A stretch of DNA of 64,000 nt from Lama guanicoe. Taxonomy: Eukaryota. Location of the stretch: the NCBI GenBank assembly GCA_013239625.1, contig MU053482.1, positions 3,619,922 to 3,683,921 on the forward strand, read 5' to 3'. Made by a program: the position numbers and the translations under genes. Of this stretch, positions 1 through 11,962 are shown piece after piece. Within the stretch, counting starts at the first letter, position 1. Every line of letters starts with the position of its first letter. The notes beneath the pieces are model-generated. The model was not told the origin of the DNA. It was given only the letters and a program-made list of their open reading frames with translations, and did no database searches.

Positions 1-364
1 TGCAGGGTCGAGGGGAGGCTCCATCTTCTTGCTTTTCCAGGTTCTAGAGGCAGCGTACATGGCTGAGCTGGTGGCCCTTTCTCCATCTTCAAAGCTAGAA
101 GTGTAGCATCTCTTCTCTTCTCTGACCTCTACTTCTAGTCTCACATTTCCTTCTTGTCTTTGTCCTGTCTCCTTCTTATAAAAACCCTTAGGATTACACT
201 GGACCCACGCAGATAATGCAGGATGATCTCCAAATCTAAGGCTCCTGAATCTAATCAGATCTGCAAAGGTCCTTTTTCCATTTAAGGCAACATATTCATA
301 GGTTCCAGGGATTAGGACAGAGACATCTTGGCGGGGAGCGGGGAAGGATTATTCACTTTACCAC
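1..364 (-). mobile_element. MaLR solo LTR (MLT1C/MLT1D-like), truncated by window start
   Basis: Reverse complement reads tgtggtaaagtgaataatcc...aagatgtctctgtcctaatccctggaacctatgaatatgttgcc...tttgcagatctgattag, matching the MLT1C/D 5' end as recalled. Confidence 0.85.
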
Positions 365-399
365 ACTTCTCTGTTCTCCCAGAGCAATTTGCACAGACC

Positions 400-565
400 T
401 CAACTCAGCTAGAATTGGAGCACCTCAACAGCAGGGACTATACCTTATTTGTATTTTATGACTATTTTAATAAATATTCATATTTTTATGACCCACATCC
501 AGTACAGGGTGAAACACAGAATGGCCACTCACTAAATATTGGTGGAATTAGTTAATGAATGAAAA
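400..565 (+). mobile_element. L2 LINE 3'-end relic
   Basis: cactcactaaatattggtggaattagttaatgaatgaa resembles the L2 terminal motif; highly diverged. Confidence 0.5.
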
Positions 566-644
566 CATATCACTAATAAGCAGATGAAGAAGGCTTTGCT
601 TTAACTGGCAACCAGCTTCTGTTAAAAAAAAAAAAAAGGATTCA

Positions 645-943
645 TGCAAAGATGGCAAATTCAAATCCTTCGGGCCAGGCAGGTGACAGTCATTATGGGG
701 TGTGGCCGACCACAGAGCACAGGGGCAGTTACTACCCAATTTGGGAGTCATGAAAAAATACTAGTCTTCATTGGCTAGATCTCCCAATTTTTCAAGAAAA
801 GCCAAAGTCCCAGATGTTTAAATATGAAATCCTCCAATTGATAAATGCTAAATAGAATTCAAAAAGTTAGAGAAACACCATGCAGGCCAAATAAACATAT
901 CTCTGGTCAAGATTCAGTTTGCAGCTACCCGTTGCCACCTCTG
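645..943 (-). mobile_element. MER102-like hAT-Charlie DNA transposon relic
   Basis: Minus strand cagaggtggcaac...tgtttatttggcctgcatggtgttt...ggatttcatattt...ggcttttcttgaaaaattgggagatct matches the recalled MER102 consensus. Confidence 0.7.
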
Positions 944-1414
944 ATTTATACCGTGAGAAAAATGCTCCCCAGGGCTTTTTCTGCTACTTGATCTGACTCA
1001 AATCAAGTCCAAAAAGTAGTGCCAACTACAAGCACTGAGAAGGCCAGTGAGCTAAGCAGAGACTGGCCCTCCCTAAAGACTGCTGAGTCCCTGTCCCATG
1101 TGTCCTCTGAGTGGCTTGTGATTCTACAGGTCTCTCCTTGCTGTCCAGACCCTGGAGTTGCTGCCTGGGGAGACAGCTCTTTGCCTGGCCTCAGATCTCC
1201 GTGGGAGGCCAAGCCCTGCTCTGTGCAAAAGTATCTCACCAGTCCAGTGGCCCTGCCTCTGGCAACATCATCCAACCAGACCCAGCCCAGGATTGGCAGC
1301 AAGCATGAGACGTGGCACAGTAAGAACAACGGGGATTCGGGAGTGAAACAAACCAGGTCCCATCAAGCGCTGACGATCAGTGACCCTTCACAAAGCAATG
1401 AACTTCTCTGAGAT

Positions 1415-1530
1415 CAGGCTGTTATTTGTAAAACAGGGTTAAGATACTTCTCTTCAAGTGTTGCTTTGAGATTTAAATAAAACAGACATGTAAAGTATCC
1501 CGCACATAGTAAATACTTAAGAACTGTTCC
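1415..1530 (+). mobile_element. MIR SINE fragment
   Basis: tttgtaaaacagggttaagatac...gagatttaaataa...gcacatagtaaatacttaa is the MIR core/3' part. Confidence 0.7.
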
Positions 1531-2048
1531 TTTACCTCTGAGAAAGAGAAGATTGACCACACAAGTCACCTGTGCCTCATGCAACAGAGGACTTGACTCA
1601 CAACCTAGGCACCTTCCCTTCCCTGCTCTCATGGGCTTTGTTTTCTGGTCTTCCAGCCCACACAGCAGGTTAAAAGCAGCCAGAAGGGAAAACTGACTGC
1701 AAGGAAGGAAGCAGCCAGCCACACTTCAAAGAGCAAATACAAGCACTCAGCCCGGCACAGACCCTGGGGCCATTCTGTCAGGGCCTGTCTCCTTAGACAC
1801 CTTTCCCATTCCCTGCACTCAGCTCTGCTGGACGGCTGGCACGTTCACGCTGAGCATGAATGAAGCAGAGCTCCCATGCTGGCTCCTTGGGAAAGACTGG
1901 AGAGCAAGTTCCATTTTAGAACATTTCCATCCAAAGCGGTTAAAAGGCAGAAAGGTTTGACGTTTAGACATGTCATTTTTGTTCACAATATACTAACTGG
2001 GAGAAAAAACAGGTGGTACAATTCTACTTTCATTTAAAAATCATACCT

Positions 2049-2225
2049 GGGGGGAGCGTATAGCTCAGTGGTAGAGTGTGTGCTTAGCATGCCCGAGATC
2101 CTGGGTTCAATTCCCGGTACCTTCATTAAAAACAAACAAACAAACCTAATTACCTTCCCCCTCCCCCAAAAAGAGTATGTCCTTCATTTTAAAAAAAGGA
2201 AAAAACCTTCTGCTTAAAAAAAAAA
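2049..2225 (+). mobile_element. tRNA-Ala-derived SINE (camelid vic-1 type)
   Basis: Head tatagctcagtggtagagtgtgtgcttagcatg...ctgggttcaattcccggtacc carries A and B boxes and an AGC anticodon loop, followed by (aaac)n-ctaattacct, a C-rich tract and an A-rich tail; second copy at 27546. Confidence 0.85.
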
Positions 2226-2319
2226 TCGTGTTTATTTTTGTGTATATATTTTTAATGTGAAATATAGGTAGATAGATATATGACTCTACCTATCTATGGG
2301 GTTGGGGACACAAGTCAAG

Positions 2320-2470
2320 AAGGCTAAAACCCAAAGGCTAAAAGTGGTTATCTTCAAGTGGAATTATGAATAAACTTAATCTAACATCTTTTAAATATTA
2401 ATATCTATATTTTTCCTTTTTTTTCCTACAAGGAGCCTGACTTACTTGTATAATAAATAATGAAATTATT
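2320..2470 (+). mobile_element. Ancient L1ME-like 3' end fragment
   Basis: aaagtggttatcttcaagtggaattatgaat...tacttgtataataaataa resembles an L1ME terminus. Confidence 0.45.
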
Positions 2471-3172
2471 AAAAGAAAGAAAAAGAGATAGTTCCTTTGG
2501 TGTCCTGAAAGTTAAAGGGAACTGCCAGGATCAGCACACTATCACTTTGGGAACTGTGTTCCAAATAAAAATAAAATTTCTTCCTTGACTCAGCAACACC
2601 CAGTCTCCAAACAAAAACCAAACCAAAAAAAAAAAAAAAGTCTAATTCCCAATGTACCTCTGTTTGCCATTCCTTTGCAACCCTTCCTCCCCCTCTTCCC
2701 TCCCAGCTTTGCTCTGGCAAGTGACATCAGGGTCCAGGTGTAGGAACTGGCCTGGGAAAGTCAGAAGGAAAAGACGGTCTGTATGGTGCTCACCTAAATC
2801 ATTCATTCATTCAAGAAACGCCTGTGAGTGCCTGCTCAGGGTCAGGTCAGGTGCTGTGCTGGGCACAGGGGCTCCAAGTGTGTCTTTCGAGGCTGCCTCC
2901 CCACAAAGCCTTCCCTGACCTCTCCCGGATGCTGCGTGCTCTCTGGTCTGAGATAGCACCACACAGCTACCCCCATCTGCCATGCATCGGTTTCCTGTAC
3001 ATTAACCGCATCTGCCAAGCCTGAGGGCAGAGAGCTTCCATCTGTGTCCTGGCTGTGAGCACATAGCTAGCATGGGTCCAGAGCTCAGTGCCTGGTGGGT
3101 CGTCCTTTTGAAAGCAAGGACTCTAGGAATCAAATCTTGCTTTTCATCTGGTCTTACTACACACACAGCACA

Positions 3173-3216
3173 GTATGTATGTATGTATGTATGTACGTAT
3201 GTATGTATGTATGAAT

Positions 3217-3271
<55 letters not shown>

Positions 3272-3285
3272 TAGATAGATAGATA
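3173..3285. repeat. Compound tetranucleotide microsatellite (GTAT)n-(GATA)n
   Basis: Directly visible GTAT array followed by a longer GATA array with one interruption. Confidence 0.97.
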
Positions 3286-3292
3286 TTAGCTT

Positions 3293-3440
3293 TTGAACCC
3301 TCTCAGCTCCATGAGGAAGGTATTACATCTCCATTTTGCAGATGAGGAAACTGAGTCTCGGAGGGGGAAAGTGATTTGCTATGGGTCACACAGTCAGGAA
3401 ACAGAGTCAGGACTAAGCCCGGGGTCTCCTGTCCGAAAAC
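3293..3440 (-). mobile_element. MIR SINE
   Basis: ccattttgcagatgaggaaactgag...ggtcacacag is the MIR core in antisense. Confidence 0.85.
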
Positions 3441-4019
3441 GGGGTCTTCTTTCTCAAGAGCAGAGTCCTTCCTGTTCTCTAGCCTCAGCGGAGATGGAAC
3501 AAGAGTATTGGGAGAGGTTTCCAGGTGCAGGATCTGGATTGTTGCAGGTCACAGCCCTACCTCAGGGCCAACAAGGGCAACCGTAGCTGAGGCACAGAAC
3601 TGAAAGTCCTTCTCACAGCATCCCCCAGGGGCCATAGGAAGCAGCTGCATCATCTAAGCAGACAGAGAGAGAGCTCTTCCCTGCTGGGATGCAGTGCCCA
3701 GCTCCAGTCCCACCCCCTGTTTGTCTCCACTCGGAATCCCAGGTCTCAGAAGCTGTGGAAATAGCCCAATAACCTGGGCCGGGCTGCAGGGCAGAGTCAG
3801 GCCAGACATGTGCTTCAGGAGGCCAAAGAAAGGGCCACAACAGGTTGGTGACAGGGGCCTTCTGGGTGAGTGGAGAGCAGACTGTGACATCAGCAGCCTC
3901 TGTGGGGATGAGTTCCTCCACTCCCCATCTCTACAGCACAGGGGTCAGGCTAAGTTGTCAGCCTGTGCCCCACTCTATGCCCCACGAGTTCAGAGTCCAA
4001 GGTGCCTACTGAGAGCAGT

Positions 4020-4458
4020 CATATAGCCAGTGGTGAGGAGTCTACCTGGCAACCCCAAGGCTGGAGGTAGCCTGTGGACAACTTCCCCCATTACAGCGAG
4101 TGGTTCAAGGGTTAGCATGTGACCAGCTAGAGCCAACAAGACACAGTAATACTTTGCTGGGCATCCTGGGAACAAGATTCTTACTCTTAAGTGCAGACGT
4201 TGAATATAAGAGGGTGGAACAGAAGCCTTGCTGTGACAGTAAAGAAGAACTTGTCCAAGAATGGAATCAGTGTGAAAGAAAACACAGCAAAGAGCCGGAA
4301 AGAAACTAGGTTCTGAGACTATCATCTAAGGCCCTGATCAAGCCATGCCTGATATCCCTGGCCTTTTATGTTTCAAGAACCAATGAATACCTCTTTTTGC
4401 TTAAACTGGTTTATGTTGGCTTTTTTGGCTCCTGCAATAAAGAGTTCCAACTGGGACA
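4020..4458 (+). mobile_element. Old MaLR LTR (MLT1J/K-like)
   Basis: 3' part ccctgatcaagccatgcctga...tttgcttaaactggttt...ctcctgcaataaagagttccaactgggaca fits an MLT1 terminus. Confidence 0.6.
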
Positions 4459-5624
4459 AACAGCTTAGCCTTTGTAAAGCTGGCTGTACAGGGTCTTTCT
4501 CAGCAACAAAGGTTTCTCTCCCCTCACTGCTCTGTGGCCTACATGAGACTTTGATCTGGAAAACTCAGATCTGCAGCAAATGCACTTACCCTAAGTTGTT
4601 TTCTAACTAAACTTATCACCATGGCCCTTTCCTCAGAACCTGCTCCTCATTCTGCATTCCCTGCCCCCATTGATGAGCTCGGCATCCTCCCACAACCCTC
4701 AGCCCAAATTTCTGAATCCCCTACCCCCATGAAGTGTGTCTCCTGCCTTCCCTCTACTACGCACACACTCATTTAAACTCAGGCTCCAGAGGCGATACTA
4801 GATTTGAGCAGCCTGCATGTTCCAGCCTAAAAGACAGCACAGTGACCATAAAGACATGTTTGTTGAGTCAAACTTCAACCTTCAAATGATTTTCAAATAT
4901 CGTTGATTCCTGCAATGACCACCAGAAACTCACGCCACCTACTTCTCAGCTCAGATTCGGACAGGATCTGACTGCTACTCCTCCCAAGGAGAGCAGCCCC
5001 CGAGACCCTAGCAATGGGAGGCCACCCTCTACCCCGGACCTCAGCCCCACAGTTTGGGGTGAGGACTCCAGTTTGCAGGATAAGGAGGAAGCTCACACCT
5101 CACCCACCAAGGCCTGCGGAGGGGACAGAAGCAGTTATAGATCTTGGTTGGGGTCTTTTTTTCATCAAGGGAATCTGAGTTGAACCACATTTGCAATTTG
5201 GTCAACTCCAAAGATGCTCCCTGGACAGAGGCTGTGGCCACAAGAAACCATGTGCTAAAATAAAATGGAGCAATTCCCCTAGGGTCCATATTTGTGCAAA
5301 TAGCTGCAGGAGTTGAGTCTTTAGCACAACTTGAAAACAGACTATGGTAAACAGTGATGTGAAACGGGTGGGAGGCTGGGGGTGGGGAGAGCAAAAGCAG
5401 GAGCTTGGGAATGGCTGTCCCAACAGCAAACCCTGGTGGCCTGAGGCACAGGGATTTCAGCATCCTGCTCCTCGAACAGGAAAGAGCAACAGCGGCTGCT
5501 TAGTGATATGAGACAGGAAGTGACCATAGAGGGTTTCTCTCCAGGGAAGTTGTCATCTTTCCACTATGGAAAGATGGGGAGTGCATGGAAACAATTCTGA
5601 GGCATCAGCAGAAGGGAACCTGTA

Positions 5625-5845
5625 TTCACTGCACCAGGTGCTCTACCTGGCTTTTCACATCCTTTATCTTATACAGTCCTTACAATAGCCCTGCATGGCA
5701 TTATCATTCCCATTTTACAGATGAGAAAACTGAAGCTCAGAAAGGCTAAATAATTAGCTCCAGACATTACAATTACCAAGCACAGTAAATAGGGTTTGAG
5801 TTCAGGGTAGTACGGCTCCAAGCCCCAGGTTCTGTTCCACATACC
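5625..5845 (-). mobile_element. MIR SINE
   Basis: cccattttacagatgagaaaactgaagctcagaaaggctaaataa MIR core with flanks. Confidence 0.9.
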
Positions 5846-6043
5846 ATGATGAGGCTTCTAGGGCAATACAGAACCCAGCAGCAGTAGTGGCACAAAAGAA
5901 ACACAGACACAGGACCAGGAGAGGTTTTTCTGGCTAAGGATTCACCGAGTCCTCATGGAGAAAGCATCTTCAACATCAGATTCACCTATGTTCTGTCTGT
6001 TAAACTGCAGCTTGTTATACATATGATATCTCTCCTTCAGTTA

Positions 6044-6135
6044 ACTGTTTGGTAAACAGTATAGAGTTCAATCCAAGGTTTAAGCTGAGTCATTCTTAAG
6101 AAGCTTCTGGAAATGCTGGAGCTTCTGGAAATTTC
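6044..6135. promoter_or_regulatory. Candidate stress-responsive enhancer: forkhead, AP-1, STAT6-type and two perfect heat-shock elements
   Basis: GTAAACA 6052-6058; TGAGTCA 6086-6092; TTCTTAAGAA 6093-6102; GAAgcTTCtgGAA 6100-6112; TTCtgGAAatTTC 6123-6135. Motif matches only, no functional data. Confidence 0.35.
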
Positions 6136-6301
6136 TCATCTGCACTTCTAGGTGAAAGAGGGTGGTAACCAGAAAATGGACCCCCCGGGAAGGCTGGTTC
6201 TCTAATGAAGTAATCCATCTTCCAAGTGGAAGTGGTCTTCCTAAAACATATCTTTGGTTATGTATCTCCTTTGATTAAAATCATTTCAGGGGTTTTCCAT
6301 G

Positions 6302-6487
6302 CACTGATCCCCAATCTGAGAATGCTTACCAGAATCACCTGAGGTGCTTAATAAAATGCATATTTCCAGACCCATCTCAGCTTACTGAATCAAAATATCT
6401 GGGAATGGGGCCCAGTAATCTGGTTGGCTAAGTCCCTCAGAGGAGTCTGATGCAGCATATCTGGAAACCAGAGCTGGAGAACCCCTG
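6302..6487. mobile_element. MER5A hAT MITE, inserted within an L2 relic (~6230-6770)
   Basis: cagaatcacctgaggtgcttaataaaatgcatatttcc...actgaatcaaaatatctggg...gagaacccctg. Confidence 0.8.
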
Positions 6488-6804
6488 GTCCATAAGGAAG
6501 TCCGGTTTCACCGGCCAGACTTTCTACTCTGAGCTTACTCACCTCTCCTGTTTCTTCTCCAGCCTCTACCATCAAAGTAGATGGTACTATCCATACTCCA
6601 ACCACACCCACAGCCCCAGTTTCCAGAATATTCCATGTGCTTTCCAACCTCTGTGCTACTATTTCTGCCTTGAGGGCCCACATTTGGCATCTGTCTCCAT
6701 GGAAGACACACCTCATCCTTTAGGAGCCCCCACACGATCCTCACCAGATTAACCCCTCTGCTCATTTCCCATCAGAATTTTGAATTGTTTAGTTGGGAAC
6801 ATAT

Positions 6805-6995
6805 GCTGTAGAGCCATACAGGGTTGGATTTTACTTCATATTTGCCACTTCCTAGCTCTGTGACCTCAGCTCTTGAATCTCAGTGTCTTCACAAATTGTT
6901 GTGAAAAATAAGGATGCAAATGTATATAAATTGTATGTACAGTGCCTTATTTGGGGCTAGCACAGAGTCAGAATGGTAGCTTTTATTATTATCAT
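6805..6995 (+). mobile_element. MIR SINE
   Basis: tgccacttcctagctctgtgacctc...tgaatctcagt...aatggtagcttttattatt. Confidence 0.7.
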
Positions 6996-7039
6996 TATTA
7001 ATATTAATATCTCCATATTATGACAATATTCCTCTAACA

Positions 7040-7260
7040 CAGGGTTCAGCAAACGATTTGGCCTATGGACCAAATCTGACCCAAATCTGACTCTATTTGT
7101 AAAGAAAGTTTTATCGAAACACAGCCACAGCCATTTATTTATACATTCTCTATGGCTGTTTTCATATTACAAGGGCAGTAGATGAAACAGACACTATCTG
7201 ACTCACAAAGCCTAAAATATTTACTATTTGGCTTTTTATAGAAAAAGTTAGCCAACTCTG
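7040..7260 (+). mobile_element. MER58A hAT-Charlie MITE with perfect 8-bp TSD
   Basis: Ends cagggttcagcaaac / agttagccaactctg; internal aaagttttatcgaaacacagcca and aaagcctaaaatatttactatttgg; TSD ctctaaca at 7032-7039 and 7261-7268. Confidence 0.92.
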
Positions 7261-9351
7261 CTCTAACACAGTTTCACAATTATTTGTCTTCAGGGTGTTC
7301 TCCTCATTTGGCTGACAGCAACTCAATAGGCTTCATGGCAGACTCCTATTCAACCTTCAAAACCCAGATTTTCTCATCTTCATATCCCCAGCACTAGATG
7401 TATAATTAGGGTTTGACAAATGTTGAACTAAATCAAGTAATTCTTTAGCCCAGTTTAAATAAATTCATCTCCTGAAAGCCCTTAAAAGGAGAGGGGACGT
7501 GACTTCCTAGAGGGCCAGAGATGCACAATTTGAGGAAACCAGGACCAACTGGGTAGTAAAATCAGGCATTCATGGAATCTGGGGTTTTTCCCTGCAGCCC
7601 TGCTTCTGAGCCTGATTCTCCTTTCTGGGGCAGGGGAGGCCCCACTGTCAGGGCACCACAGACAGTCTCAATGCCTCCTGCCACCCAACTTCAATACCCT
7701 GGGCCTTGCAGTTACAATATTTTCCTGGATGGAGAGGAGGGGAAAAGTCGCTTCTAGAAAATTCTCTTTTCAAAGGTTAGTTCAATTCCCATTATCCAAG
7801 AGGGCATAAATGGTTGGTCCAAATGATCAGCTGCCCCTTAGAGTGGGCAATTTGATGTATTCATTTTTAATAAATGATCTGATTGATATTTTCTCTGTAG
7901 TTTTATTCTTTTTTTTTTTTTTTTCAGTTCTGACTACCCATGAATTTGCATTTCCTGAGCAGAGCTTCTTTTGGGATGAAAACTTTAGGCTTTCAAAGCA
8001 GTGAGGCCATTTCTTTGCGACCTCGTTATGAAACCACTCTGTGACCTGGGGCCAGTCATGCCTTTCTCTGGGCCAAGCTTTCAGCTTCTGTACAATAAAG
8101 TTCAGACTTTTGATTCCCTGGAGGGGACCAAAAGCAGTGGCCTGACAACAGACAGCATGATGGAACTACCTTCCACTTCCATGTCTCTGCACTATAGCAA
8201 TATATTTTGCCATCTTCCCCACTCCCCAGCAAACACAGCAATCATTCCTACTGCCCTTTGTTGAGGCTTAAAGAAGATTCTTTAGCTCTGAAGCAGATCC
8301 TTAGATGATAAGAAAATGCAACTGATGTGCTTGGAAAAATCTGGGCTGGATGAAATGGAAACACGGAGCTTTCCCCTGAGGCCGGATGAGAAACATGGAT
8401 GGAGGCCAAAGTCCATCCCTTCCTTGAGTTTCTGGTAGCTGGCAGCCCACCTCCTCTCTCAGAACACCATGCCCCCCTTACCCTTCACCCTCCTTGCAGA
8501 TTCCCCCATAGGCACAACTTCAGCCTGCAGGATCCTGGTTATCTGGGAGCAAATCAGTCTTACTGGGGATTGAACTGGTTTTTACTGATTTCTCTCTGGG
8601 TGATTTATAACTGCCTGCTTCCTAAAAGGGTTTGAGGCCAGATGTCAATAAAAACACACACAGGGCAAGAAAATTAAAAATAAGAGACTGAAAAAGGGAG
8701 CAGAGACTGTGCAGAAGAAAGAGGGAGATAATTTCACCAGCTGAGGTGGGATGGGCCCTCAGCTCGGATGACCCGGAGAGAATTCATAATATTCAGTTTC
8801 TCCTGACATAACTAATTTTGCTTGGGGCTACTGCAAAAATTAATGAGCAAAGAATAGCTAGCACCCTGAGCTTCCAAAACTGACTCTTTGCTCAAAAAAG
8901 AACAAAATTAAAGGAGCTTTTGCATTGAAGAACTTTAAAATTCATTTCACAGGAGACTTTCCATTTAAGAACTTCAAATTTCACTTCACAGATGGACTCC
9001 TCAAACAAGGATGCCACAATACTGTTCACAGAGCATTGGGGCTAATTTTATTTACTTATTTATTTTTAAGCAGGCAATATAAATAGAGGTTCTAGATGTT
9101 ATATGCATGTCTGAGTCCAGTGACTGGTAGTTGACCCTCCTTGATGTGCCTGGAGGGTACATTGACTAAATGAAACATGCAGAATCACAAGTGAAGATTC
9201 TTAGCTCAGGGACTAGAGGCAGTGCCTTTTAATTGTGGCTTCAGGTCACTGTAACTTGGTGGTCTTGGGAATGGATTTTTAAAACAAATTCTGGCTTCAC
9301 TAATTGCAACTAACCAGAAATCAGATCTCAGAGGAATATGAATAAGGCTAT

Positions 9352-9753
9352 TGTTATGAGTTGAACTGCGTCCTCCAAAAATTCATATATTGAAGCCATA
9401 GCCCCCAGCACATCAGAATGTGACTGTATCTGGAGACAGGTCTTAAAGGAGATGATTACATTAAAATGAAACAGTTAGGGTGGACCCTAATTCAACCTGA
9501 CTGCTATTCTTATAAGAAGAGGAAATTTGGACACACAGAGAGACACCAGGGGTGTGTATGCACAGAGAAAGACCATGTAAGGACACAGCAAGAAAGTGGC
9601 CATCTGCAAACCAAGGAGAGAGACCACAGGAAAAATCAAGCCTATTGACACCTTGATCTTGGACTTTTCCAGAACTGTGAGAAAAGAATCTTCTGCTGCT
9701 TAAGCCGCCCAATCTGTGGTATTTTGTTATGGGAGCCCTAGCAAACTAATACA
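9352..9753 (+). mobile_element. MLT1B-like MaLR solo LTR
   Basis: TG...CA ends (tgttatgagttgaa ... gcaaactaataca); 5-bp TSD gctat/gttat at 9347-9351 and 9754-9758. Confidence 0.92.
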
Positions 9754-9916
9754 GTTATTGATAGAACTTTTTAGACGTATCAGGTTTAAATCCTTGGAAT
9801 TAGTATCAATAAATTTGAAGGAAAAACTGCTTTCGTAGGCCAACCACAAAGCTCCTTTCAGGACCCTCTAACAAAATAAAAATGCTCTGGAGTAGGCTCC
9901 AAGAATTCTAGTTTTA

Positions 9917-11962
9917 AAAAAGTAAAACTATCACTATTCAAAGATGACATAATCTTCTATATGGAAAATCCTGAGGAATCTACTAAAAATCTATTAGAAC
10001 TAATAAGCTCAGCAAAGTTGCAGGATACAAGATTGATATACAAAAATGAACCATACTTTTATACACTAGCAATAAACAATCTGAAAATGAAATTAAGAAA
10101 ACAATTCCACTCATAATAGCGTCAAGAAGCAGAAAATAATTAGGAATACACTCAACAAAAGAAATGATAAACTTATACTCTGAAAACAACAAAATATTAT
10201 TGAAAGAAATTAAAGACCTAAATAGATCGAATACCATCACATGTTCATAGATCAGAAGACTTAATATTAGATGGAATATTCCCTGACTTGATCTGTATAG
10301 CCTACACAACCCCTGTCAAAATCCTACTTGCCTTTTTTTTTTTTTGCAAAAAGAAAAAAAACTGACAAGCAGATCCTAAATTTCATATGGAAATGCAAGG
10401 GACCAAGAATAACTAAAACAATCTTGAAAAAGGAAGGAAAAAATGGATAATTCACACCTCTTAATTTCAAAACTTAACATATAAGACTACAATAAGAGAG
10501 CATGATATTGGATACTATACAAGAATACAAATTGACACAACACTGTAAATTGACTATACATCAATAAAAAAAAATATATATATATATATGACAAAAAAAT
10601 AAAAAAACAGGAACACACCTATAGATCAATGGAACAGAATTGAGAGTCCATAAACACTTTTGTTTATAGTCAAATGATTTCAACAAGGGTGCCAAGGTAA
10701 ATGGGGGGAAGAACAGTCTTTTTAACAAATAGTTCTGAAACAACCAGATATCCACATTTAAAAGAATAAAGCTGGACCCCTTCCTTAAACCATATACAAA
10801 AATAACTCAAAATGGATCAAACACACAAATGCAAGAGCTGAAACTATAAAACACTTAAAGACACAGGAGTAAATGTTTGTGTCCTTGGGTTAGGCAATAC
10901 TTTCTTATAAAATAAATACATAAATAAATAGGACTTCATCAAAATTAAAAACTTCTGCACTACAAATGACACAACTGAGAGTAAAAATACAACCAACAGA
11001 ATAGGAAAAAAAACATTTGCAAATAATATATCTAATAAGGGACTTGTATCCAGATTATATAAAGAATTCTTACAAATCAATATTAAAAAGACAAAAAAAA
11101 TTTTTAAATGGACAAAAAGCTTGAATAGACATTTCTCTAAAGATGGCCAATAAACACATGAAAATATGTTCAACATCATTAGCTATTGGGAAATACAAAT
11201 CAAAACAATGAGATACCACTTCATACCCATTAGGATGGCAAAAATAAAGAGACAGATAAGAACAAGTATTGGTAATGGTGTGGATACTGGAAACCTTATA
11301 CATTGCTGGTGGAAATGTAAGATGATACAAACACTTTGGAAAACACATCAGCAGTTCCTTAAAAGGTTAAACACAGATTTGTTCTATGATCCACCAATTC
11401 CACTCGTAGGTGTATACCCAGGAGAAAGGGAAGCATATGTCCATACAAAAACATGTACACAATGTTCATAGCAGCATTATTCATAACAGTCAAAAAGTGG
11501 AAACAAATCAAATGTCCAACTAATTAACAGATGAATAAAATTTGGTATATCCATACAATGGAATATTATTTAGCCATAAAAAGGAATGCAGTACGATACA
11601 TGCTAAAATATGGATGAACCTTGAAAACTTTATGCTAAGTGAGAAAAGCCAATCACAAAGGACCATTTATTGTATGACTGCATTTATACAAAATGTCAAG
11701 AAAAATCTATAGAGACAGAAAGTAGTTTAGTGGTTGCTTAAGGCTAGAGGGATGTGGAGGAATGGGGAGTAACTATTAATAGGTACAAGTTTCTTTTTAG
11801 GTGATGAAAATGTTCTGGAATTAAATCGTGGTGATGACTGTGCAATTCCCTGAATGTACTAAAAAACATTCAAGTGTATATTTTATTTATTTTTTGAATT
11901 GTACATTTTAATTGAGTGAATTATATGGTATGTGAATTAATAAAGCTGTTAAAAAAATAAAA
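9917..11962 (+). mobile_element. 5'-truncated old LINE-1 (L1MB-like), degenerate late ORF2 plus 3'UTR
   Basis: Begins near the RT xDD motif (ctattcaaagatgacataatc); ORF2 C-terminal remnant at 11166-11471 (EIQIKTMRYHFIPIRMAKIK, HCWWKCK, YDPPIPLVGVYP); ends gtgaattaataaagctgttaaaaaa. Confidence 0.93.
10530..10606 (+). mobile_element. Very short young L1 3' tip nested in the older L1
   Basis: aattgacacaacactgtaaattgactatacatcaataaaa plus A/AT tail, similar to the L1 ends at ~38410 and ~51350; degenerate TSD acaagaataca/acaggaacaca. Confidence 0.75.

Noticed and set aside
2049..2125. tRNA-Ala(AGC) gene
   Set aside because: Stem mismatches, a SINE-type tail, and a diverged sister copy at 27546 inserted within an L1 indicate a tRNA-derived SINE
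7070..7091. 11-bp tandem duplication (ccaaatctgac x2) inside MER58A
   Set aside because: Ordinary slippage event in a neutral repeat
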